Source: Fibrobacterales bacterium (GTDB taxonomy: Bacteria; Fibrobacterota; Fibrobacteria; Fibrobacterales; JAOPTW01). From it: a stretch of DNA of 64,000 nucleotides. The stretch lies in the NCBI GenBank assembly GCA_051532055.1, contig JAOPTX010000057.1, forward strand, positions 24,736 through 88,735. Reading direction: 5' to 3'. A program made the translations under genes and the position numbers. A model generated the notes under the pieces. The model saw only the letters and a list, made by a program, of their open reading frames with translations, searched no databases and had not been told where the DNA came from. Shown piece after piece: positions 38,943-48,039 of this stretch (positions are counted from its first letter, which is position 1; each line of letters begins with the position of its first letter).

Positions 38943-38975
38943 AGGCTGTCTCAATGAATGAGACAGCCTTTTTTT
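38943..38975 (+). terminator. Rho-independent terminator
   Basis: AGGCTGTCTCA/TGAGACAGCCT stem plus T tract. Confidence 0.85.
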
Positions 38976-39065
38976 ATCATGGCTCAATCTCCATTCTCGT
39001 GTTTTTTAGTGGCGGAATGACCACTTCACTCTCCGCAAGAGACGATCATTTTCTAAATTTTGGAC

Positions 39066-40859
39066 ATGAAATATTTTGATGCCGTGATCCTCGAAGAATT
39101 GAAAGGCCAAGCTGACATTGCGTCAGTTATCCAGGCCTACCTCCCAGTAAAACGTACCGGAAACAGCTATAAGTGCGTGTGCCCTTTTCATAACGACCAT
39201 AGCCCAAGCATGCACATAACCCCTTCAATGGGGATCTATAAGTGTTTTGCGTGCGGTGCAGGAGGCGATGTGATTAAATTTGTTCAGGAACACGATCGAA
39301 TTGAATTTCCTGCCGCTGTTGAGCGAGTAGCTGAGCTCACCGGATATCAGCTTCCCGAAAAAGAGACTATGAAAGAGGGGGCTTCAAGAGACCTCACGCA
39401 AATTAATGAATTTTCAGCATACTTTTTCTATAACCAGCTAAAAGCAGCTCCTCAGGCCGTTGAATACCTGAAGAATCGTGGACTATCCGCTGAAACATGT
39501 GCAACATTTAAACTCGGTTGGGCTCCAGATTCATGGGATATGCTCATGAAAAGCTGTAAAGAGAAGGGCTATAAAGAAGATGCGCTCATTGAAGCAGGTG
39601 TAGTTGTACAGAATGAGAAAGGGAAAGTGTATGATAAATTTCGTTCTCGTCTCATGTTTCCGATTTTTAATTTATCAAAAAAAGTAATTGCATTTGGTGG
39701 GCGAGTCTTAGACCCGGAGCAAAAGCCTAAATATTTAAATAGCCCTGAAACAAGACTTTACCATAAAAGCGAAGTACTGTATGGATTGAGTCATACAAAA
39801 CCTGACATTATGAAAGAAAAAAGTGTCATTTTTGTCGAAGGATATATGGATATGCTTCAGCTCTTTCAAGCGGGGGTGACTAATGTAGTTTCGGTTTCGG
39901 GAACTGCACTTACTGCTGACCATGCTAAACTTATTAAACGATATACCAATCGCGCCTATCTTGTTTTTGATGGAGATGAAGCGGGGCAAAACGCAGCACG
40001 TAAAAGCATAGAAACTCTCCTTCATATTGGGATAGAGGTGAAAGTTTTGCTACTCCCTGAAGGGGAAGATCCTGATAGTATTGTGAAGAGTCATGGGGCA
40101 GACCACTTCAGAGGTCTCTTGAAGCGAGCCTTTGATTTTGTTGATTTTACCTTTAATGGTATAAATCCACGGACGCTTTCGCCAGAAAGTAAAGCACAAT
40201 ATGTATCTCATATGAAGGGTATGTTAAAGCAGATTCATGATGTGGTTGCGCGACAAGAATATATCAAAAAAATTGCTGAACGCCTCGATATTAAAGAGTC
40301 ATTTCTTGCTCAAACAATGCGTGTACAAGCAAATGAAATACCAGCGTCTCCTGAGCGCACTACGGTAGCACGTACTTATGATCCTGTAGAATTGCGATTG
40401 TTAACCATATTACTCCACAATGAATATCTCGTTGAAATTGCCCTGAATACTTTTGACATACAGCTGGTTCAAACAGATCCAATTGCAGAGCTCCTAGACT
40501 TCTGTTTTTGTCTCTTTGAAGAAGAAGGTGAGATTAACCTCAAGACATTGTATGATAAAATACCTGCGGAATTGAAACAACTATTCGAGACTATTGAAGA
40601 GCCTGTTGACCTTTCCTCAATTAAAGATGAGCATAAGAATATGATTTTTAAAGATTATGTTGCCCATCTACTCCAGCTGGAACTGGTCTTTTTAAAAGAG
40701 CTTCAGTCGGGGCGACGTGATCAAACATTCATGGTCATTCAAAAAGGTATACGAGAGATAGCTGAGCAAAAACAACGCCTTGCTCAAGGACTATTCCTAC
40801 CTCAAGATGTACTGACTCAATACCTTGCTACCAAAAAGGATATTATGGAGGTGGTATAA
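39066..40859 (+). CDS. dnaG: DNA primase; ORF open from TTG at 39060
   Basis: CPFH..SPS..CFAC Zn finger, FGGR, KYLNSPET, EGYMD, FDGDEAG, DPD. Confidence 0.97.
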   Translation: MKYFDAVILEELKGQADIASVIQAYLPVKRTGNSYKCVCPFHNDHSPSMHITPSMGIYKCFACGAGGDVIKFVQEHDRIEFPAAVERVAELTGYQLPEKETMKEGASRDLTQINEFSAYFFYNQLKAAPQAVEYLKNRGLSAETCATFKLGWAPDSWDMLMKSCKEKGYKEDALIEAGVVVQNEKGKVYDKFRSRLMFPIFNLSKKVIAFGGRVLDPEQKPKYLNSPETRLYHKSEVLYGLSHTKPDIMKEKSVIFVEGYMDMLQLFQAGVTNVVSVSGTALTADHAKLIKRYTNRAYLVFDGDEAGQNAARKSIETLLHIGIEVKVLLLPEGEDPDSIVKSHGADHFRGLLKRAFDFVDFTFNGINPRTLSPESKAQYVSHMKGMLKQIHDVVARQEYIKKIAERLDIKESFLAQTMRVQANEIPASPERTTVARTYDPVELRLLTILLHNEYLVEIALNTFDIQLVQTDPIAELLDFCFCLFEEEGEINLKTLYDKIPAELKQLFETIEEPVDLSSIKDEHKNMIFKDYVAHLLQLELVFLKELQSGRRDQTFMVIQKGIREIAEQKQRLAQGLFLPQDVLTQYLATKKDIMEVV

Positions 40860-40980
40860 CACCGACATAATAGTTTATCAAATTTAGGCGAAAGATTATA
40901 TGCACCAACAATCCATTTTGTTGCGTTATGATCATTTTTTGTGGTATATTAGAGATATAGATATACATTGAGAGGCTATT

Positions 40981-42339
40981 ATGACTGGCGGGTATTCAGG
41001 CGTTTTGGATTTAGATATTTTTATGGAAGGGCTCCGCAAGAGAAATCCTGGAGAGACAGAATTTCATCAAGCTGTTGAAGAAGTTGCTCGGACTGTTATT
41101 CCATTTATTAATCAAAATAAGGAATATTTGAAAGCCCGTATTCTTGAACGTTTGACTGAACCTGATCGCATCGTAAGTTTTCGAGTTTGCTGGGAAGATG
41201 ACGATGGTCATGTTCGTATCAATAGAGGATATCGTGTCCAATTTAATAATGCTATTGGCCCTTATAAAGGGGGCCTTCGATTTCACCCAACGGTCAGTTT
41301 AAGTGTCCTCAAATTTCTCGGATTTGAGCAAGTGTTCAAAAACAGTTTGACCACTCTACCGCTTGGTGGTGCAAAAGGTGGGGCTGATTTTAATCCTAAA
41401 GGGAAATCCGATAACGAAGTAATGCGTTTTTGTCAGTCATTTATGACCGAACTTGAACAGTACATTGGAACCCATGTTGATATTCCTGCAGGGGACATCG
41501 GAGTGAGTGCTCGTGAAATAGGGTACATGTATGGGCAGTACAAGCGTATGAAAAACGAATTTCAAGGAGTGCTAACCGGTAAAGGAGTTCACTTTGGAGG
41601 AAGCTTAGTACGCACTGAGGCAACAGGATATGGCTGTGTTTATTTTGTTCAAAATATGTTGAAGTACATAGGTAAAACTATTGAGGGAAAAAGATGTTCT
41701 GTTTCTGGCTCAGGAAATGTAGCGCTATACACGGCAGAAAAAGTGATTCATCTTGGAGGAACGGTTCATACCTTATCGGATTCTGGTGGGTTTATTTACG
41801 ATTCAGAAGGTATTACTCAAGAGAAACTCAATTGGATTATTGATCTTAAAACAAAACGACGCGGACGTATTAAAGAATATGCCGAAGAGTTTGGCTGTGA
41901 ATACTATGAAGGTAAACGCCCGTGGATCATCCCTTGTGATATTGCGTTTCCATCTGCAACACAGAATGAAGTGAATGCAGATGAAGCAAAAATGCTTATA
42001 GATAATGGATTGATCGCTATTGGTGAAGGGGCAAATATGCCATCATCTATTGAGGCTATTGATGCATTCCAAGCTGCCCAAATAATTTATGGCCCTAGCA
42101 AAGCTGCTAATGCTGGTGGAGTAGCTGTGAGCGGTCTAGAGATGACTCAAAATAGTATGCGTATAAACTGGACCCGTCGCGAAGTTGATGAGAAGCTACA
42201 AGAGATTATGTGTGAGATACATGATCAGTGTGTAAAGTATGGCGAGACACCTAATGGCTGGGTTGACTATGTATCCGGTGCCAATATTGCCGGCTTTGTG
42301 AAGGTTGCAGACTCAATGCTGGCTTACGGGATAGTTTAG
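40981..42339 (+). CDS. gdhA: Glutamate dehydrogenase (NADP-specific GdhA type)
   Basis: EFHQAV, GPYKGGLRFH, GGAKGG, PAGDIGV, RTEATGYG, EGANMP, KAANAGGV. Confidence 0.96.
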   Translation: MTGGYSGVLDLDIFMEGLRKRNPGETEFHQAVEEVARTVIPFINQNKEYLKARILERLTEPDRIVSFRVCWEDDDGHVRINRGYRVQFNNAIGPYKGGLRFHPTVSLSVLKFLGFEQVFKNSLTTLPLGGAKGGADFNPKGKSDNEVMRFCQSFMTELEQYIGTHVDIPAGDIGVSAREIGYMYGQYKRMKNEFQGVLTGKGVHFGGSLVRTEATGYGCVYFVQNMLKYIGKTIEGKRCSVSGSGNVALYTAEKVIHLGGTVHTLSDSGGFIYDSEGITQEKLNWIIDLKTKRRGRIKEYAEEFGCEYYEGKRPWIIPCDIAFPSATQNEVNADEAKMLIDNGLIAIGEGANMPSSIEAIDAFQAAQIIYGPSKAANAGGVAVSGLEMTQNSMRINWTRREVDEKLQEIMCEIHDQCVKYGETPNGWVDYVSGANIAGFVKVADSMLAYGIV

Positions 42340-42438
42340 TATTTAAGAAGTGTCTACTTCGTTACTGAATACTTGACGTACCATTTGTACGCCTACGCAT
42401 CCAGCGCCTCATATCCATCTTCTTAAATCCTAAACTAT
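42331..42438. mobile_element. Correia/NEMIS-like miniature inverted-repeat element, copy A (108 nt)
   Basis: Terminal IR ATAGTTTAG.ATTTAAGAAG / CTTCTTAAAT.CTAAACTAT; core CTTGACGTACCATTTGTACGCCT; diverged second copy at 62140. Confidence 0.6.
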
Positions 42439-42444
42439 TTTATT

Positions 42445-42580
42445 GCTTGGTCACCGAAGGTGACCGTTGCTTGCTGTCACTCTTTGCTTGCTCCTCTTGG
42501 GAGCGTTGCTCGCTCTTTATTTTTGGCTCGTTCCTTTTAGGAACGTTGCACTTGTTTTTGTTATTTGCTTGGTCACCATT
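42445..42580. repeat. Tandem array of GCTYG-[hairpin]-GTTGC units, period 40-41 nt
   Basis: Units start at 42445, 42486, 42526 and 42567 (last truncated). Confidence 0.65.
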
Positions 42581-42653
42581 ACTTTTCATTATTGTTGCAT
42601 GGTCTATATAGAATATTTATTCCTATCTTTTTTCATGGTTTTATGGGGAAGTA

Positions 42654-44003
42654 TTGATGGCAAGTGGTAAGGGGCGTGGGAGACTGAAAAAGTCGAAGAA
42701 GGGTAAGGGTCCTAAAAAAAGTAGGGGTAAGAAGAGTGGTAAGTGGTATGGGTTTTTGCTTCGTCCAAAAATGGTGGTTGTCTTAGGATTGCTTTGTTTT
42801 GGGTTCTTTACTTCGTGGCCTGCAACAACGCTTCTTCGGGGAGCGGTTAAGTTCTTTTACCCGAGTCATTATGATTCAGTTACCATTGAAGGAGCTCATG
42901 TATCTGTTTTTAGGGGGGTAACCTTCGATAAATTAAAAATATCGGTTCCGATTAAAGCTCAGAAGGTCTCCGTATCATTACGGGAAGTCTCACTTGATTT
43001 AAGTTATCTCTCATTGGTTACGGGTGAGCTTAAACTGGGGAAATTTAGGTCTGTAAGTGGTCGGGTAGATATTCCAGAAACACTTTCAATTCCTTTTGAT
43101 GTTGGTACAATACCATTTAGTACTATAACGCTTCTCAACCAGTTTGACGCCGTGGTTCCAAAGAAGATTGAGCTCTATAACTTTAAAGCCTTGTATGGGA
43201 GTAAAAAGCAGACCGTTGGTTCATTGCTGCTTGAAATTGATAATGGTGAAAAAGAGTATGCTATTACAACGACAGATTTAAAGTCGACTCTGTTTCCAGA
43301 GGTTCCTTTTTTTACCGCAACTATAAAAATTGCGGGAGCCCAATGGAGATTCTCAGAGTGCACAGTAAAGACCCCTCATGGAGGAGAGCTTTCTGGAGCA
43401 TTAACGGTGAATGTAAAAAAGAAGCTCCTCACTCAAGTGAACGTTGACCTTCACGGTTTTGAACTCGGTTGGATAGCACCAATGGTCTTGGATAATGATG
43501 CTCAAATCTCTGGTTCTGTTTCGGGTAAAGTGGTACTTTCCAATCGGACTGAGGTTATTAAAGGTAATGCCCTATCTGTTAAAAACCTTGTTTTAGAATC
43601 ATGGCCCTTTCAAAAGAAATTTCCACTATTGGGACAAAAAGCATTATCTCGGTTACAGTTTTCAAAAGTTTCTATCAAAGATATCGCCTTGAGTAGTAAT
43701 CGTATGACATGGAGGGCTCTCCATGCGGTAGGTGATCAAATTTCAATAATTGCTCGGGGCTCGATAAGTCAGGCTGGGGCACTTTCACTAAAGCTAAAAG
43801 GGGTTGTTGCACCTGCGGTGGTTAAAAAATTAAGTTACTCTGGGCGGTTAGCGCTGGGAGGGAATGCAGATGGTGCATTTAAAGGGAGAGTCGAAGGGTC
43901 GATTAATGATCAATCTCTTATTCTGGATGGGAGCGTCTATGGGGCAGCAATAGTGAACCAATTCAAAAACATTGGTACGGCATTTACTGATCTATTTGAA
44001 TAA
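42654..44003 (+). CDS. Hypothetical membrane-anchored beta-rich protein (AsmA-like)
   Basis: Lys-rich N-terminus, one TM, long beta-rich periplasmic region. Confidence 0.6.
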   Translation: MMASGKGRGRLKKSKKGKGPKKSRGKKSGKWYGFLLRPKMVVVLGLLCFGFFTSWPATTLLRGAVKFFYPSHYDSVTIEGAHVSVFRGVTFDKLKISVPIKAQKVSVSLREVSLDLSYLSLVTGELKLGKFRSVSGRVDIPETLSIPFDVGTIPFSTITLLNQFDAVVPKKIELYNFKALYGSKKQTVGSLLLEIDNGEKEYAITTTDLKSTLFPEVPFFTATIKIAGAQWRFSECTVKTPHGGELSGALTVNVKKKLLTQVNVDLHGFELGWIAPMVLDNDAQISGSVSGKVVLSNRTEVIKGNALSVKNLVLESWPFQKKFPLLGQKALSRLQFSKVSIKDIALSSNRMTWRALHAVGDQISIIARGSISQAGALSLKLKGVVAPAVVKKLSYSGRLALGGNADGAFKGRVEGSINDQSLILDGSVYGAAIVNQFKNIGTAFTDLFE

Positions 44004-45200
44004 CACTTCTTCTCGAGGGACTTTTACAAAAAAAGTGAAGAGTATAAGGGAGGCGACTCCAAACAGGGCTGCAATAATATAGACCATTCGAAGGTCATAC
44101 CATTCCCAAATTAATCCTGCAAGCTTACCTGCTAATCCACCCCCTAAGCCGGCAATAACCATTCCAGAATAGACTTGAATGAGGTGGAGATGTTTTTCTC
44201 CATAGACTCGCTTAAAGAATATGCTGGTACCAGCAAGGGTTGCTCCATAAAACAGGCCATGCAGTGTCTGAACCAAATAGAAGAGTGGAACGGTAGTAGT
44301 TATAGAAATCAGTGCCATTCTGAGGAGCATAACAGTTATGCCAACAGCGATGAGCGTTTTGAGTTCAAAGCGTTTGAGGATTGCGATAGAGAGAAGTATG
44401 AGTGGGACTTCAGCAAAAGTCGCAATATACCATGCAGTACCGACCATTCCATTGGTACCATTCAGTTCATTTTGCATAAAATTACCTACCAGTGTTGAAC
44501 CCATATTGGCACCGGTATTTGCTAAAAATATGGCAGCTATCATGAGGAGTGTATTTTTTTGTGAGAGCTGTTTAACGGTGGTTGCGAATGAATTAAAAAC
44601 ACTGTTTTTTGAGGCCTTTGATTCTGTGGGTATCACTGACCGGTTACCGAGTGAAAAAAGGAGTGCTATTATTGCAAATAATGAAAAGAGGTAATAGACT
44701 TGTTGGAGGGTAAAGTTCTCTGCCAAAAAGGAAGAGATGAGGCAGGATACTGCAAAACCAAGGGTAGCGATGGATCGTAAAAAGAGAAAGTATCCACTCC
44801 CTTGGGATCGTGTGGCTATTTGAATATTGGTTTGCCCAATAGTAAAAATGAGAGAGACCGCAAAAGATAGAGTGAAAAAGGTACCATAAATTGCGTATAG
44901 ATTAGTGAGAGAGGGGAAGAAGAGATAGAGGAGTGCAATAGTGAAGAGCACCAGGCTCAATAGTGTGTTAGGATTGGGGACGACGGCTGATATTACCGAA
45001 ACAAAGAGCGGTGCAAGTACCGAAGCAAGAGCGCCAAGCATAAACACCGTTCCGATAGTTTTTGGAGAGAGTCCCATGTTTTGTTCCATCACAACGCCAT
45101 GATATTGGAATGAGGCAATGGCTCCAAATGCAAAAAAGATGAGGAGTGCTGATTGTCGAATTGTTTTATTGGTAAAAAGAGGGGTCAGAAAGTGGAGCAC
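43992..45200 (-). CDS. MFS transporter (nucleoside/3-phenylpropionate symporter-like)
   Basis: About 12 TM segments; LRSIATLGF, AEVP, VQTLHGLFY. Confidence 0.88.
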   Translation of the reverse strand: MLHFLTPLFTNKTIRQSALLIFFAFGAIASFQYHGVVMEQNMGLSPKTIGTVFMLGALASVLAPLFVSVISAVVPNPNTLLSLVLFTIALLYLFFPSLTNLYAIYGTFFTLSFAVSLIFTIGQTNIQIATRSQGSGYFLFLRSIATLGFAVSCLISSFLAENFTLQQVYYLFSLFAIIALLFSLGNRSVIPTESKASKNSVFNSFATTVKQLSQKNTLLMIAAIFLANTGANMGSTLVGNFMQNELNGTNGMVGTAWYIATFAEVPLILLSIAILKRFELKTLIAVGITVMLLRMALISITTTVPLFYLVQTLHGLFYGATLAGTSIFFKRVYGEKHLHLIQVYSGMVIAGLGGGLAGKLAGLIWEWYDLRMVYIIAALFGVASLILFTFFVKVPREEVLFK

Positions 45201-45880
45201 TACTGAGAACCTTCTTTACTCTGATTCCCTCGAGTGATTAGAGGATCTAATACTCCTGCTTCGTCGAACCCTTTTTGTCGAAGCAAACATGATGGGCAAA
45301 CTCCACAGGGGGGATACGCACCTTCATAGCAAGTGTGAGACCAAGCGAGTGCTTCAAGTCCACCTACCTCTTTAGCAAGAGTTACCGTCTCTGATTTTGA
45401 TAAATTCATTAAAGGCGTGTGAATGGTGAACGAAACATCCATGCCGAGAGAGATGGATGTTTCTAGAGACTTCATGGTGTTTTTTCGGCAATCAGGATAC
45501 CCACTGTAGTCAGCTTCGCAAACACCAGTGATAAGATTGGTAATGTTTTTTTGATAGGCCCATGCTGCTGCAAATGTCATAAATATAAGGTTTCGCCCGG
45601 GTACGAAAGTATTAGGAAGCTCTCCCTCTTTATGAGTAATAGTAGTGTCGTGTTCGAGCAATGCATTGGCACCTAATTGTTTGAAGGCGTCGATTTTCAG
45701 TATTTTTAGAGGAGTATTGCTTTTATCAGCTATGGTTCGTGCGGCATCAATTTCAATGGTATGTCGTTGGCCGTAATCAAAGCAGATAGCCTCTACAAGC
45801 TCAAATTTTTTTTTGGCCCAATAGAGACAGGTGGTTGAATCTTGACCGCCACTAAAAACAACGAGTGCTTTAGAAGTCAT
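45200..45880 (-). CDS. queC: 7-cyano-7-deazaguanine synthase
   Basis: FSGGQDSTT, YGQRH, TFVPGRN, GYPDCR, TCY..CGVCPSC. Confidence 0.97.
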   Translation of the reverse strand: MTSKALVVFSGGQDSTTCLYWAKKKFELVEAICFDYGQRHTIEIDAARTIADKSNTPLKILKIDAFKQLGANALLEHDTTITHKEGELPNTFVPGRNLIFMTFAAAWAYQKNITNLITGVCEADYSGYPDCRKNTMKSLETSISLGMDVSFTIHTPLMNLSKSETVTLAKEVGGLEALAWSHTCYEGAYPPCGVCPSCLLRQKGFDEAGVLDPLITRGNQSKEGSQ

Positions 45881-46577
45881 TTGTTACCCCTAAAGTAAAG
45901 AGCGCATCATTCTCTTGGTGTTTTCCTGCTACACCAAAAGTTATGTCAAAGTCGAGTTGGGTGTTGTTTGATAGGTGGAGACGTACCCCGGGAGCCATGT
46001 CAAAAGCTATTTTATTTCCAAAATCTTCATTAAGAGCACTTGAGAAGGTAAATGCTGCACGGAGCTCTACACTGCTGTTGAGGTATATATTGGGGTAATA
46101 TCCTAGTTCACTGTGACAAAGATCTCCTCCAGTGATACCATCAAAGAAGCCTACTTTAACAAGGTAGAGGTGAGAGAATTTCTGCGTGATCCACGAACGT
46201 GAAAGATAGGTAAAGGCGGCTCCACCACTTTTATCATCACCTAATCCAATGAGAACATCCATTTGTACTTTGTCATTTTTTCGAACGCGTACACTCACAC
46301 CAAGGTCGAGTTGGAGTCTAATGGTGCTAAAATAATCCTTTTGCGCTTTATAGTTAAGGCTACCTCCCAACTCCAATGCTTCGTTGAGGCCCATTTTAAC
46401 TCCCAAAGGCATCAGCATATCGCCATCAAAATGAGTTGATAGTGCGGTAAATGCTTTGGCGCGATTGGGTTTAAAGGTTTCCGGGTAGAGTTGATAGCGT
46501 GCATTATGGATTTCGTTGTAACTAAAAGCGAAGGAACTTAAGCAACAGATAATTGAGAGTATGATTTTTAATTTCAT
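45870..46577 (-). CDS. Hypothetical outer-membrane beta-barrel protein
   Basis: Signal peptide (AFS|Y), amphipathic strands, C-terminal Phe. Confidence 0.65.
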   Translation of the reverse strand: MKLKIILSIICCLSSFAFSYNEIHNARYQLYPETFKPNRAKAFTALSTHFDGDMLMPLGVKMGLNEALELGGSLNYKAQKDYFSTIRLQLDLGVSVRVRKNDKVQMDVLIGLGDDKSGGAAFTYLSRSWITQKFSHLYLVKVGFFDGITGGDLCHSELGYYPNIYLNSSVELRAAFTFSSALNEDFGNKIAFDMAPGVRLHLSNNTQLDFDITFGVAGKHQENDALFTLGVTNDF

Positions 46578-46745
46578 GGAGCCCGTCTATTTGTTTTAAT
46601 CCAAAAATAAAAAATAGCAAGGAAGAGCGAGTGAAATTAAATAACTGGCACTTAATAGAGGCTAAAGATGTGCTGTGCTCTTTGGGTTAGGAGGGTAATG
46701 GGGATGGAGGAGGGCGCTAAAGGGGGCTTACTTAATCAGAGTGGG

Positions 46746-46850
46746 AAAAACAAAAGCCGATTTGCATCGGCTTTTGTAGTTAAGCAACTAGCAGACAATA
46801 TGCTTAACAGAGAGCCGACATTTAGATGAGAGAGGTAGATGCCGGCTCTT
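46746..46850 (-). ncRNA. Candidate small RNA with three hairpins, the last a terminator
   Basis: Stems at 46811-46849, 46779-46808 and 46750-46777 plus U tract; TATAAT at 46861-46866 on the minus strand. Confidence 0.5.
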
Positions 46851-46953
46851 AAAACAATATATTATACTTTTATGTGATTGTCCTCAATTACTTACTAATA
46901 AATATAAATATTTCTAAATTTTACATTTATTCAACATTGATAAGATATTAAAT

Positions 46954-48039
46954 ATGTCCATGGTTCGGCCGGCGTTAAGCGGCATTAAAGCATATATTCC
47001 TGGGAAATCTGTTCAGGAAGTTCAACAAGAATTTCACCTTTCATCAATCATTAAATTAGCGTCCAACGAAAATCCTCTTGGAGTTTCGAGAAAAGCACAG
47101 GAAGCTATAGCCGCTGTATCTAAGGGAATAAATAGGTACCCTCTTGGGCATTCACCAGAATTGACTCATACCATTGCAACGAAATTAGGTCTTAATCCTC
47201 AAAATATCCTCTTTAGCAATGGTTCAGATGAAATGATTCAGATGATCACTGCTACCTATTTAAATCCTGGAGAAGAGGTCTTGTCGAGTGAACACACTTT
47301 TTCAGAATATAAATTTGGAACACTTTTATTTGATGGGACCTATCGTTCGGTGCCAATGGATAATTGGAATCATGATCTCGCTGGTATACGAAAAGCGATT
47401 ACTAAAAAGACAAAAATTATCTTTATTTGTAATCCCAATAATCCTACCGGAACATGGATCCCTAAAAAAGAGCTTACTCATTTTTTATCTGAAATACCTA
47501 AAGGTGTAATGGTTGTGGTAGATCAAGCTTATAATGAATATGCAACACATCCTGAGTATCCCGATTTAATAGATGAAATTAATGAATTTGAAAATTTAAT
47601 CCTCTTACGTACATTCTCAAAGGTATACGGACTTGCTGGGCTACGCATTGGTTATGCTCTTGCTCAAAGTATTACTATTGAAACAATGCTCAAAGTAAAA
47701 CAACCTTTTAATGTGAATATCATTGCACAGGCTGCAGCTGAAGCCGTTTTAAGTGATACTGACTACATTCAGAACTCAATGACCACCAATATTGAAGGAA
47801 TGGAGCAACTGTATGCCTATTTTGATTCAAAGAAAATGAGTTATTTAGAGACTCAAGGTAATTTTATAGCCGTACATATTGGCTTTGGAGCGATTGATTT
47901 AGTAAAAACCTTAGAATCTCGTGGAATGATTATTCGATCACTCAAGAGTTTTGATATGCCCGAATGGGTTCGAATAACTATAGGGCTCAAAGAACAGAAT
48001 GATGTTTTAATCGCGTTACTTGAGGAGTGTCTCGTATGA
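46954..48039 (+). CDS. hisC: Histidinol-phosphate aminotransferase
   Basis: KLASNENPLG, NGSDE, CNPNNPTG, DQAY, RTFSKVYGLAGLRIGY. Confidence 0.95.
   Translation: MSMVRPALSGIKAYIPGKSVQEVQQEFHLSSIIKLASNENPLGVSRKAQEAIAAVSKGINRYPLGHSPELTHTIATKLGLNPQNILFSNGSDEMIQMITATYLNPGEEVLSSEHTFSEYKFGTLLFDGTYRSVPMDNWNHDLAGIRKAITKKTKIIFICNPNNPTGTWIPKKELTHFLSEIPKGVMVVVDQAYNEYATHPEYPDLIDEINEFENLILLRTFSKVYGLAGLRIGYALAQSITIETMLKVKQPFNVNIIAQAAAEAVLSDTDYIQNSMTTNIEGMEQLYAYFDSKKMSYLETQGNFIAVHIGFGAIDLVKTLESRGMIIRSLKSFDMPEWVRITIGLKEQNDVLIALLEECLV

Noticed and set aside
42445..42580. CRISPR array
   Set aside because: Repeats are not identical, spacers are only 15-17 nt and low-complexity, and no cas genes are present
42467..42670. 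67-aa hydrophobic ORF
   Set aside because: Read-through of the T-rich hairpin array; TTG start without an SD
43992..45880. queC as part of a dpd/Qat-type defence or DNA-modification island
   Set aside because: Canonical-length housekeeping QueC with no dpdA, TatD or ATPase neighbours
46578..46745. preQ1 riboswitch upstream of the queC operon
   Set aside because: No class I consensus (short stem, GUUC loop, A-rich tail) recognised on the minus strand
46746..46953. His attenuator for hisC
   Set aside because: No His-codon leader peptide; the stronger U tract is on the opposite strand
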